24,000 nucleotides of DNA from contig NZ_JNKN01000004.1 of the NCBI RefSeq assembly GCF_000702065.1, positions 19,964-43,963 on the forward strand, given 5' to 3'. The notes under the pieces are model-generated. The model did not search any database. It had not been told where the DNA came from and saw only the letters and a list, made by a program, of their open reading frames with translations. Below, in pieces: positions 15,645 through 24,000 of this stretch. A program made the position numbers and the translations under genes. Positions within the stretch are counted from its first letter, which is position 1, and every line of letters begins with the position of its first letter. Source of the stretch: Kandleria vitulina DSM 20405 (lineage in GTDB: Bacteria; Bacillota_I; Bacilli_A; Erysipelotrichales; Coprobacillaceae).

Positions 15645-15672
15645 ATGCAAATAGATTTCGTTTATGATATAA
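15645..15672 (+). promoter_or_regulatory. Possible parE-parC promoter
   Basis: Extended -10 TGA-TATAAT (15664-15672) with a weak -35, ATGCAA (15645-15650), and a 16-nt spacer. It is divergent from the plsY promoter. Confidence 0.45.
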
Positions 15673-15697
15673 TAGAGCAGTTAATGGAGGAGGTTTA

Positions 15698-17674
15698 ATG
15701 ATGCCTAATACACATTATGATGAATCTGATATTCAAATCCTCAAGGGATTGGAAGCTGTCAGAAAAAGACCTGGTATGTATATTGGGTCTACAGATGCAA
15801 GAGGGTTGCACCATCTTGTATGGGAAATTGTGGATAACTCAATCGATGAAGCCCTAGCTGGTTTTGGGAAAAAGATTGTAGTGACAATTCATAAAGATAA
15901 TAGCATTACTGTAGAAGATGAAGGACGTGGTATGCCTACTGGTATTAATAAAGAAACAGGTCGTCCTACAACTGAAGTCATTCTGACTGTTCTTCATGCA
16001 GGTGGCAAGTTTTCTAGCGATGGCGGATATAAGACATCCGGTGGTCTTCATGGTGTAGGTTCTTCGGTTGTTAACGCGTTAAGTGAATATTTAGAATTAA
16101 CTGTTTATCGTGATGGTTATACTTATACACAGAAGTTTGAAAATGGTGGATCAGTTATACATGATCTAAAAAAAGGAAAAAAGACAACGAAGACAGGTAC
16201 TACAATTCATTTTATGCCTGATTCTAAGATTTTTAAGAAAATCAATTTTAATTTTTCTACTATCAGTGAACGTTTAAGGGAAGATGCGTTCTTATTAAAG
16301 GGCATTGAAATGGAGCTTCATGATGAACGTACTGATCGTCATGAAAACTACTATTATGAAAATGGGCTAGAAGAATTTATCAATTGGCTAAATAGCGGTA
16401 AGCATAAAAGCATATCGAAGGTATTGAGCTTTGATGATGATTCAAAAGAAATTGAAGTAGAAGTGGCCTTACAGTTTACTGATGGCTATCAGGAGAACAT
16501 TGTTTCATTTGTCAATCTCGTAAGAACAAGTGATGGCGGTACCCATGAAATGGGCTTTAAGTCAGGTCTTACAAAGGTCTTTAATGAATATGCAAGAAAG
16601 TATGATTTATTGAAAAAGAAAGATAAGAATCTTGAAGGTACTGATGTAAGAGAAGGATTAACAGCTATTCTTTCAGTAAAGATTCCAGAAGAATATTTAC
16701 AGTTTGAAGGACAGACTAAAGCAAAGCTTGGTACACCTATTGCTAGAAATATACTTGAACAGGTGACTCAGGAGTATTTGACTTATTATCTTGAAGAAAA
16801 TAAAGATGAAGCTGATGCTCTTGTTGCTAAAATGATTAAAGCTGCAAGTGCTAGAAATGCAGCTAGAAAAGCAAGAGAAGCCGCCAGAGGGAATAAGGCG
16901 AAGAGAGAAAAGCAGATCTTAAGTGGGAAGCTTGCGCCTGCTCAGTCAAAGAATAAGAAAAAGAATGAGCTTTATCTTGTCGAAGGGGATTCAGCCGGTG
17001 GTAGTGCCAAACAGGGACGTGATCGTAAGTTCCAGGCTATTCTTCCTTTAAGAGGTAAGGTTGTCAATACTGAAAGAGCAAGCATTACTGATGTCTTGAA
17101 GAATGAAGAAATTGCGACAATGATCAATACAATCAATGCAGGATACGGCAGTGATTTCAATGTAGAAGATTCAGCATATGATAAGATTATTATCATGACC
17201 GATGCGGATACCGATGGGGCTCATATTCAGATCTTATTGCTGACATTCTTCTATCGTTATATGAAAGGATTGATTCAGGCAGGAAAGGTCTATATCGCTA
17301 TGCCACCTTTATATAAGGTATCAAAGAAGAATGGCAAGAAGGAAAAGGTTGAATACTGCTGGGATGAGAAAGATCTTGAAGAGGCTAAGAAGATTGTCGG
17401 AAGAGGATACAATGTACAGCGTTACAAAGGTCTTGGTGAAATGAATGCAGATCAGCTTTGGGAAACAACCATGAATCCTGAAACCCGTACACTTATTCAG
17501 GTCAATATTGAAGATGCTGCATTAGTAGAACGTCGTGTTTCTGTTTTGATGGGTGATAAGGTTGAACCAAGACGAGAATGGATTGAAGATAATGTACAGT
17601 TCTCTATGGCCGATGATTTTGATGCCTTTACAATGGATCAAAAAGAATTAATAGGAGGTCACAATGGAAGATAA
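15698..17674 (+). CDS. parE: DNA topoisomerase IV subunit B
   Basis: GHKL ATPase region LEAVRKRPGMYIGST...HHLVWEIVDNSIDEA, then GRGMPTG (ParE-type rather than the GyrB GRGIPV). Toprim motifs EGDSAGG and IMTDADVDG-like (IMTDADTDGAHI) are present. The gene sits next to plsY and ahead of parC, as in Bacillus. ATG 15701 is an equally possible start. Confidence 0.9.
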   Translation: MMPNTHYDESDIQILKGLEAVRKRPGMYIGSTDARGLHHLVWEIVDNSIDEALAGFGKKIVVTIHKDNSITVEDEGRGMPTGINKETGRPTTEVILTVLHAGGKFSSDGGYKTSGGLHGVGSSVVNALSEYLELTVYRDGYTYTQKFENGGSVIHDLKKGKKTTKTGTTIHFMPDSKIFKKINFNFSTISERLREDAFLLKGIEMELHDERTDRHENYYYENGLEEFINWLNSGKHKSISKVLSFDDDSKEIEVEVALQFTDGYQENIVSFVNLVRTSDGGTHEMGFKSGLTKVFNEYARKYDLLKKKDKNLEGTDVREGLTAILSVKIPEEYLQFEGQTKAKLGTPIARNILEQVTQEYLTYYLEENKDEADALVAKMIKAASARNAARKAREAARGNKAKREKQILSGKLAPAQSKNKKKNELYLVEGDSAGGSAKQGRDRKFQAILPLRGKVVNTERASITDVLKNEEIATMINTINAGYGSDFNVEDSAYDKIIIMTDADTDGAHIQILLLTFFYRYMKGLIQAGKVYIAMPPLYKVSKKNGKKEKVEYCWDEKDLEEAKKIVGRGYNVQRYKGLGEMNADQLWETTMNPETRTLIQVNIEDAALVERRVSVLMGDKVEPRREWIEDNVQFSMADDFDAFTMDQKELIGGHNGR

Positions 17675-20231
17675 TAAGATATTAAGAATGTCCCTTGATG
17701 ATATTATGGGAGATCGTTTTGGACGTTATTCAAAATATATTATCCAAGATCGTGCGCTTCCAGATGTCAGAGATGGTTTAAAACCAGTTCAAAGACGTAT
17801 TCTATATGCGATGTTTAAGGAAGGAAATCTTCCTACTAAAGCTTATCGTAAATCTGCTAAAACAGTCGGTAACGTTATTGGGAACTATCATCCTCACGGC
17901 GATTCATCTGTCTATGATGCCATGGTGCGTCTATCACAGGATTGGAAGATGAGAATTCCTCTTGTAGATATGCAAGGAAACAACGGGTCTATCGATAATG
18001 ACCCAGCAGCAGCCATGCGTTATACTGAAGCAAGATTAGCGCCAATCTCTATGGAACTTTTAAAGGATCTTGATAAAGAAACAGTAGAGATGGCCTTAAA
18101 CTTCGATGATACAGAATATGAACCAACAGTTCTTCCTGCTAAATATCCAAACTTGCTCGTCAATGGTGCAACAGGTATTTCTGCAGGTTATGCGACAGAT
18201 ATTCCTCCTCATAATTTAGGAGAAGTCATCGATGCGACTATTTATCGTATCAAGCATCCACAATGTCATTTTGATGATTTACATCAGTTTATCAAAGGTC
18301 CAGATTTTCCTACTGGTGCCATTGTAGAAGGGGCAAGCGATATTGCGAAAGCTCTTCGATGCGGTCGTGGAAAAGTCGTTGTCAGATCACGTTATGAATT
18401 TGTGGAAAAGAAGAACATGAATCAGATTGTCATAAGTGAAATTCCTTATGAAGTCAATAAGGCAGATCTTGTCAGAAAGATTGATGAAATTCGTTTTAAC
18501 AAAGACATCGATGGTGTTCTTGAAGTAAGAGATGAGTCAGATCGTAATGGGTTAAGCATTGTCATTGATTTAAAGAAAGATGTAGATGTACAAAATACGC
18601 TTAATTATTTCTTCAAGAATACCGATTTACAGAAGAACTACAATTATAATATGGTCGCTATCAAGGATAAACGACCTGAACAGATGGGGATTGTTTCTAT
18701 TATTGATGGGTATATCAATCATGAAATAGATGTTGTAACAAAACGATCAACATTTGATTTAAATAAGGCTAGTGCTCGTGAACATATTGTAGAAGGATTA
18801 ATCAAGGCTGTTTCTATTCTTGATGATGTTGTACATACAATTAGACAATCAAAAGATAAGAAAGATGCCAAACTTAATCTGATGGATCAGTATGATTTTT
18901 CTGAAGTACAGGCTGAAGCTATTGTCATGTTACAGCTGTATAGATTAACAAATACGGATATAGTGGCATTAGAGGAAGAATTAGCATCTTTACATGAAGA
19001 AATAGAAAAATTAAAAGAAATTCTTGGCAGTGAAAAGGTTTTAAGACAGGTTATTATCAGTGAATTAAGAGAAATCAAGAAGAAATATCCTTCTCCTCGT
19101 TTAACAACAATCAAGGATGAAATCATGGATACTTCAATTAATGCACAGGCTATGATTGTATCTGAAGATTGCTATGTCTCAGTTACAAGAGATGGCTATA
19201 TCAAGAAGATTTCTTTAAGATCATATAAGGCCAGTCAGAATACCGCCTTTGGCAAGAAAGACGATGATCGTCTTGTTTCACTTTGTCAAACAAATACGTT
19301 GCATACACTTTTAGTCTTTACTAATCGTGGTAATTATTGTTTTGTACCAATTCATAAGCTAGAAGAGTTCAAGTGGAAAGATCTTGGTAAGCATATCAGT
19401 TATCTTATTAAGCTTAATAATGATGAAAAGATTATCGCAACTGTGCTTGTCAAAGATTTCAAATCACCACAGTATGTGATGATGGCTTCACGAGATGGTG
19501 CAATCAAGAAAGTAGCTATTGCGGACTTTGAAGTATCACGTTTCTCTAGACCTATGAAATGTATGAATCTTAAAGCTGATGATGAGATGGTTTCAGTTCA
19601 GCTTTCTAGTGGTCATGATGGTGTCATTCTTGCCAGCAAGGCAGGATATGCTGCTTTATACAGTGAAGAAGAGATTTCAGTCGTTGGTATTAAGGCCGGT
19701 GGGGTCAAGGGTATTCGCTTGACTCATGATTCGCTCGCATTTATGCGTGTCTTTAATCCAGCCAATCCACAATCACTTGTGATTTTTACTAATCCAGTTG
19801 GTATCAAGCGTATTCATGTTTCTGATATTCCTGCATGCAAACGTGCCAATAAAGGAAACTTGATTTTTAAATCGCCTAAATCACGTCAGATTACACTTTA
19901 TGATGGCTATATTATGGACACATATGATACACTGACACTCTATGGTGAATCTGGTTCGATTGAGGTCTGTGCTAAGGACTTTAATTTCACCGGATTAATT
20001 AATAGACCTGGTGGTATCAAGGCGTTTGAAGATAAGTCAATTGATTTTATCTATGATTCACGTCTGCTTATTGCCGATGGAAAGGTAGAAGAGGAAGGTT
20101 CTTTCAAGGAATTCTTCCAGGTAGAAAAGGAAAAGACTTTATTTGAAGAGGAAACTCCAATAAAGAAGAAAGAAGAGAATAAATTCAAGCCGATCTCGTT
20201 TGATGATCTGTTTGAAAATGATGATTTCTAA
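17664..20231 (+). CDS. parC: DNA topoisomerase IV subunit A
   Basis: GDRFGRYSKYIIQDRALPDVRDGLKPVQRRILYAM, GNYHPHGDSSVY and AAMRYTEARL (catalytic Tyr context), with ParC-type N-terminal wording. SD AGGAGG lies upstream and the start overlaps parE by 11 nt. The 855-aa protein ends in an acidic tail. Confidence 0.9.
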   Translation: MEDNKILRMSLDDIMGDRFGRYSKYIIQDRALPDVRDGLKPVQRRILYAMFKEGNLPTKAYRKSAKTVGNVIGNYHPHGDSSVYDAMVRLSQDWKMRIPLVDMQGNNGSIDNDPAAAMRYTEARLAPISMELLKDLDKETVEMALNFDDTEYEPTVLPAKYPNLLVNGATGISAGYATDIPPHNLGEVIDATIYRIKHPQCHFDDLHQFIKGPDFPTGAIVEGASDIAKALRCGRGKVVVRSRYEFVEKKNMNQIVISEIPYEVNKADLVRKIDEIRFNKDIDGVLEVRDESDRNGLSIVIDLKKDVDVQNTLNYFFKNTDLQKNYNYNMVAIKDKRPEQMGIVSIIDGYINHEIDVVTKRSTFDLNKASAREHIVEGLIKAVSILDDVVHTIRQSKDKKDAKLNLMDQYDFSEVQAEAIVMLQLYRLTNTDIVALEEELASLHEEIEKLKEILGSEKVLRQVIISELREIKKKYPSPRLTTIKDEIMDTSINAQAMIVSEDCYVSVTRDGYIKKISLRSYKASQNTAFGKKDDDRLVSLCQTNTLHTLLVFTNRGNYCFVPIHKLEEFKWKDLGKHISYLIKLNNDEKIIATVLVKDFKSPQYVMMASRDGAIKKVAIADFEVSRFSRPMKCMNLKADDEMVSVQLSSGHDGVILASKAGYAALYSEEEISVVGIKAGGVKGIRLTHDSLAFMRVFNPANPQSLVIFTNPVGIKRIHVSDIPACKRANKGNLIFKSPKSRQITLYDGYIMDTYDTLTLYGESGSIEVCAKDFNFTGLINRPGGIKAFEDKSIDFIYDSRLLIADGKVEEEGSFKEFFQVEKEKTLFEEETPIKKKEENKFKPISFDDLFENDDF

Positions 20232-20239
20232 TAAGGCTA

Positions 20240-20277
20240 CATCCCATAAAGAAAGCATTTATGGGATGCCTTTTTTC
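20240..20277 (+). terminator. Rho-independent terminator of parC
   Basis: CATCCCATAAA-GAAAGCA-TTTATGGGATG (20240-20268), then CC and TTTTTT. Confidence 0.85.
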
Positions 20278-20354
20278 TTGTAAATTTGTCAATGGACATT
20301 CTCTTTTCATGAGGAAAAAAATAGTGTACAATGAAGGGCGAAAAGGGTGATGAA

Positions 20355-21446
20355 ATGAGTGAATTAAGATGTGGTGGCTGCGGAGCAGTCATTCAAAGTG
20401 AAGATAAAAATAAGCCTGGTTATCTGCCAGAAAACGCATTAAATAAAGATAAGCCTTTATGTCAAAGATGTTTCAAGCTTATGCATTATCATCAGAAGAT
20501 GGAATCTCATCTTTCTAAAGAAGATTTTCTTAAGATCATTGCATCCATAGGAGACAAGGATTGTCTTGTAGTGTATATTGTGGATCTTTTTGATTTTAAC
20601 GGAAGTCTTATCAGCGGCTTGACACGTCACGTAGGTTTTAATGATATTCTTGTATTAGGAAATAAGAGAGATGTTCTTCCTAAGTCATTAAAAGATCATC
20701 GTTTAAATATGTGGGTGAGAAGACAGCTTAAAAATGAAGGTATCAAGCCTGTAGATGTCATCTTGACAAGCGGAAAGAAGAAACTTAATTTTGATGAAAT
20801 CTTTGATGCGATTGAAGAATACAGAAAAGGTCGAGATGTTTATGTGGTCGGTATGACCAATGTTGGGAAGTCAACTTTTATTAATGCATTATTAAAGCAT
20901 TATAGTGATGTTGAACAGACAATTACGACAAGTGAGTTCCCTGGAACAACTTTGGATCTTATTCGTATTCCATTTGATGAAAAGAGTGCTTTATATGATT
21001 CACCAGGAATCATGAATGAAGCGCAGATGACTTCTCATGTGGCAGAAAAAGATCTTAAGACTATTGTGCCACAGTCGGAATTAAGACCAATGTCTTTCCA
21101 GCTGAATGCGAAGCAGACTTTATATATGAGCGGTTTAGCAAGAATGGATTATCTTGAAGGAGAGAAAGCAGGCTTTGTTTGCTACTTTAGTAGACAATTA
21201 AAGATCCATCGTACAAAGATGGCTAATGCGGATGCACTTTTTGATAATCATAAGGAACTCAAGCTTTATCCGCTTAGTGTAGATAAGATTTCACAGATGA
21301 AATCTTATGAGTTCTCATTTAAGAAAGGTGACAAGAAAGAAGTCTTTATTTCAGGTTTAGGCTTTATTAGTGTCAATACAAAAGGTAAATTACGTATCAG
21401 TGTTCCTGAAGGCGTTGATGTCTTTGTTAGGGAATGTTTAATTTAA
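20355..21446 (+). CDS. yqeH: Ribosome biogenesis GTPase YqeH (circularly permuted GTPase with an N-terminal zinc finger)
   Basis: CGGCG...CQRC zinc ribbon. The G motifs are in permuted order: NKRD (G4) before GMTNVGKST (G1) and DSPG (G3). I chose the start at ATG 20355 (SD AAGGGTGA). ATG 20331 in the ORF track has no SD. Confidence 0.88.
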   Translation: MSELRCGGCGAVIQSEDKNKPGYLPENALNKDKPLCQRCFKLMHYHQKMESHLSKEDFLKIIASIGDKDCLVVYIVDLFDFNGSLISGLTRHVGFNDILVLGNKRDVLPKSLKDHRLNMWVRRQLKNEGIKPVDVILTSGKKKLNFDEIFDAIEEYRKGRDVYVVGMTNVGKSTFINALLKHYSDVEQTITTSEFPGTTLDLIRIPFDEKSALYDSPGIMNEAQMTSHVAEKDLKTIVPQSELRPMSFQLNAKQTLYMSGLARMDYLEGEKAGFVCYFSRQLKIHRTKMANADALFDNHKELKLYPLSVDKISQMKSYEFSFKKGDKKEVFISGLGFISVNTKGKLRISVPEGVDVFVRECLI

Positions 21447-21455
21447 GGAGATTAT

Positions 21456-21740
21456 ATGTTAACAAGTAAACAGAAGAAATATTTAAAAAGTGAAGCACAT
21501 GCGTTAAAACCAATTTTCCAGGTTGGAAAAGATGGTGTTGGCATGAAGCAGGCTAACAGCATTAATGATGCTTTAAAGGCAAAAGAATTAATTAAGGTGA
21601 AATTATTAGATACATGTCCTCAGACTGTCAATGAAGCAGCATTAGAGATTTCAAGATTAACAAAAGCTGAAGTTGTTCATATTATTGGACATACTATTAT
21701 TCTTTATAAGGCAAGCGAAAAAGGAATCTATCAGATCTAA
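21456..21740 (+). CDS. yhbY: Ribosome assembly RNA-binding protein YhbY/YqeI (CRM domain)
   Basis: 94 aa. LTSKQKKYLKSEAHALKPIFQVGKDGV...ELIKVK matches the YhbY family. SD AAGGAG lies upstream. Confidence 0.88.
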   Translation: MLTSKQKKYLKSEAHALKPIFQVGKDGVGMKQANSINDALKAKELIKVKLLDTCPQTVNEAALEISRLTKAEVVHIIGHTIILYKASEKGIYQI

Positions 21741-22840
21741 TGAAAGTGGGGTTGCTTGGGGGAAGCTTTGACCCTATCCATAAAGGACATGTAAGTATTG
21801 TTAAAGAGGCTATCAAGCACTTTGATCTTGACTGTTTCTATTTTATTCCAACGAAGAATAATCCTTGGAAGGATCATACTGTTGCAAGTGGAGAAGAACG
21901 TTATGAGATGATCGAAATTGCGACAAGTGATGAAGAGAAAATCAAGATTGATCGTATTGAGCTTGATGCTAGTGAAAATGGTAAGAATTATACTATTGAT
22001 ACATTAAGAGCATTGGTTAAGATGCACCCTGATGTGAGTTATTATTATTTAATGGGAATGGATCAGGCTGCTTCTTTTGATAAATGGGTAGAAGCAGAAA
22101 ATATTTCTAAGCTTGTACAGCTGGTTGCATTTAATAGAGCAGATTATCCTAGTGATCATGAAAATTTAGATCGTTACCATTTTATTAAGATGAACAACGT
22201 GGAAATGAAAGCGTCTAGTTCTGAAATTAAAGAAGGGCATCTTGAGATGCTTGATGAACGTGTGCTTGCTTATATTTCAAGAAAAGGTCTTTATCTTGAA
22301 ACGATGATTAAGCCTTATCTTTCTTTAAAGAGATATAATCACTCTCTTTCTGTTGCCAAGCTTACAAGAGAGTTTGCCAAGTGCAATGGAATTGATCCAC
22401 AAAAAGGATATATTGCCGGATTGATGCATGATATTGCTAAAGAGATGGATCATAAGAAGGCTTCTTTAATTATGTCGCAGGAGTTTGCGCAGTTTATGGA
22501 TAAGCCAGTACCAGTATGGCATCAATGGCTTTCTGCTTATTTATGCAAGAAGGATTTTCTTCTTGATGACAAGGAGATTCTTAAGGCTATTGAAGATCAT
22601 ACAACAGCATCTACAAGCATGAGTGTCCTTGGTAAATGTCTGTATTGTGCAGATAAGCTTGATCCACTACGTGGATATGATTCAAGCAAGGAAATTGAAA
22701 TTTGTAAAGAAAACATACATGTAGGTTTTTCAAGACAGCTTAAGCAGTTCTATGATTTCTCTAAAGCTAAGAATAGAGAAATTGATCCACTGTTCTTTGA
22801 GGTTTATAAGACTTACGGTGAAGGAGATATTTATGACTAA
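21740..22840 (+). CDS. nadD: Fusion protein: nicotinate-nucleotide adenylyltransferase (NadD, N-terminal) + YqeK-type HD-domain phosphohydrolase (C-terminal)
   Basis: Residues 1 to about 186 carry GGSFDPIHKGH and a SSSEIK (ISSTxIR-like) motif, ending ...YISRKGLY. Residues from about 187 to 366 carry RYNHSLSVA...GLMHDIAKE (HD motif) and CADKLDPLRG, as in YqeK. It is one continuous ORF, with a TAATG overlap with yhbY. Confidence 0.85.
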   Translation: MKVGLLGGSFDPIHKGHVSIVKEAIKHFDLDCFYFIPTKNNPWKDHTVASGEERYEMIEIATSDEEKIKIDRIELDASENGKNYTIDTLRALVKMHPDVSYYYLMGMDQAASFDKWVEAENISKLVQLVAFNRADYPSDHENLDRYHFIKMNNVEMKASSSEIKEGHLEMLDERVLAYISRKGLYLETMIKPYLSLKRYNHSLSVAKLTREFAKCNGIDPQKGYIAGLMHDIAKEMDHKKASLIMSQEFAQFMDKPVPVWHQWLSAYLCKKDFLLDDKEILKAIEDHTTASTSMSVLGKCLYCADKLDPLRGYDSSKEIEICKENIHVGFSRQLKQFYDFSKAKNREIDPLFFEVYKTYGEGDIYD

Positions 22841-23177
22841 ATTAGAATGTATTGTTAAAGCTATGGATGATAAGTTAGCAACAAACATCGTAGCTATCGA
22901 TATGCGTGAAGCTAGTCCTATCTTTGATACTTTTGTATTGGCCACTGCCAGCAATGCACGTTTGTTGCATGCGATCAAGGATAGCGTTGAAGATGCATTA
23001 GCTGAAAACGGATATGAAGTAAAAGGTATAGAAGGATTAAGAGATTCTAAATGGATCTTAATCGACTGTGGAGATATTGTGTGCCATATCTTTGAAAATG
23101 ATGAAAGAGATGCCTATAATCTAGAAAAATTATGGAGTGATATGCCACGTTTAGACGTAGCATCAATGATTGACTAA
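22833..23177 (+). CDS. rsfS: Ribosomal silencing factor RsfS (YqeL/iojap)
   Basis: MTKLE...KLATNIVAIDMRE...DTFVLATASNARLLHAI...W(I)LIDCGDIVCHIF. I chose the start at ATG 22833 with SD GAAGGAG (22820-22826). The upstream 27 codons in the ORF track lie inside nadD::yqeK. Confidence 0.88.
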   Translation: MTKLECIVKAMDDKLATNIVAIDMREASPIFDTFVLATASNARLLHAIKDSVEDALAENGYEVKGIEGLRDSKWILIDCGDIVCHIFENDERDAYNLEKLWSDMPRLDVASMID

Positions 23178-23893
23178 TGAGTTATCAGGAATTTGCTTAT
23201 TATTATGATAGCTTGATGGATCCTGCTTTTTATGATGAATATGTTCATTTCTTAAATGAACATATTCATTTTCAGGTAGGATTGGAACTTGGCTGTGGGA
23301 CTGGTGAAATGACCCTTCGTCTTATTGAAGAAGGAAAACAGATTACGGCGACTGATCTTTCTAATGATATGCTTGAAGTGCTTTTTGAGAAAGCCGCATT
23401 TAAGCAATATCATTTTCCTATTTATCGTATGGATATGTGTGACTTTAGTGGTCATGACGATTTTGAAGCAGTGCTTTGCTTTGTGGATTCTCTTAATTAC
23501 ATCATTGAACAAGAAAAAGTGCAGAGTGTCTTTAATAATGTTTATGAATCATTAAAGATGGGCGGTGCTTTTGTTTTTGATGTCAATAGTCTTTACAAGC
23601 ATAATGTTATACTTGATGGCTATAAGGAAGAAAACGATGATGAAGATTTCTATTTTGAATGGGATGTTTCTTCTGATCATCAGGGTAACATTACTCATCA
23701 TGTAGTCATTGAAGATAAGGAAAGCAAAGAGAGAGTAGAAGAGATTCATCATCAGAGAACTTTCTCTATGGAAACTTATCAGGAAATGCTGAAGAAGGCA
23801 GGCTTTTTAGATATTGAAGTCTACAGTGATTTTGAGGATTACCATGAGAAATGTGAACGTTTGATTTTTATTTGTAAGAAGGAGGCACACTAA
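23177..23893 (+). CDS. Class I SAM-dependent methyltransferase (YqeM-like)
   Basis: SAM-binding motif I LELGCGTGE, then the acidic TDLS and post-I motifs. The position after rsfS matches the Bacillus yqeM position. There is a TAATG overlap. Confidence 0.85.
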   Translation: MSYQEFAYYYDSLMDPAFYDEYVHFLNEHIHFQVGLELGCGTGEMTLRLIEEGKQITATDLSNDMLEVLFEKAAFKQYHFPIYRMDMCDFSGHDDFEAVLCFVDSLNYIIEQEKVQSVFNNVYESLKMGGAFVFDVNSLYKHNVILDGYKEENDDEDFYFEWDVSSDHQGNITHHVVIEDKESKERVEEIHHQRTFSMETYQEMLKKAGFLDIEVYSDFEDYHEKCERLIFICKKEAH

Positions 23894-23894
23894 T

Positions 23895-24000
23895 ATGCTA
23901 GGAATTATTGGAGCGATGGAAGAAGAAGTTAATGAGTTATTAGCTTTGATGGATGTCAAGGAGACTAAAGAAGATCTTGGCTATACTTTTCATATTGGTA
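23895..24000 (+). CDS. mtnN: 5'-methylthioadenosine/S-adenosylhomocysteine nucleosidase (N-terminal 35 codons; continues beyond the window)
   Basis: The manual translation MLGIIGAMEEEVNELLALMDVKETKEDLGYTFHIG contains the characteristic IGIIGAMEEE N-terminus. SD AAGGAGG lies about 11 nt upstream. Confidence 0.7.
   Translation, partial: MLGIIGAMEEEVNELLALMDVKETKEDLGYTFHIG

Noticed and set aside
20281-20354. A possible yqeH promoter (TACAAT at 20326-20331).
   Set aside because: The -35 is poor (CTTTTC), and the TG is directly adjacent to the hexamer rather than at the extended -10 position. That is too weak to annotate.

Overview
This looks like a low-GC Firmicutes (Bacillota) chromosomal core segment, possibly Erysipelotrichia-like, though that placement is a guess. 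It is densely packed with housekeeping genes. In order: the 3' end of a YfcE-type phosphoesterase; three tandem, near-identical tRNA-Arg(TCT) transcription units; an orphan polytopic membrane protein (-); RNase J; FtsK/SpoIIIE; a BMP-lipoprotein nucleoside-type ABC transporter (binding protein, double ATPase, two permeases); a strong promoter plus a ~150-nt structured leader in front of DUF896(YnzC-like)-transketolase; UPF0154 (YneF-like); a histidine phosphatase; a decayed DNA-alkylation-repair pseudogene (-); plsY (-); parE-parC; and a yqeH-yhbY-nadD::yqeK-rsfS-methyltransferase cluster followed by the start of mtnN. The order ynzC-tkt...yneF...plsY-parE-parC and the yqeH...yqeM cluster match the Bacillus subtilis arrangement, so this is conserved core rather than an accessory island. 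I found no CRISPR array, mobile element, defence system or toxin-antitoxin module, and no convincing novel multi-gene system. The observations worth a second look are: the unclassified structured leader at 10986-11137; the triplicated self-contained tRNA-Arg(UCU) units; an RNase J whose second metal site appears degenerate; a NadD-YqeK fusion; and the alkylation-repair pseudogene. All family assignments rest on motif recognition by eye. No database search was run.
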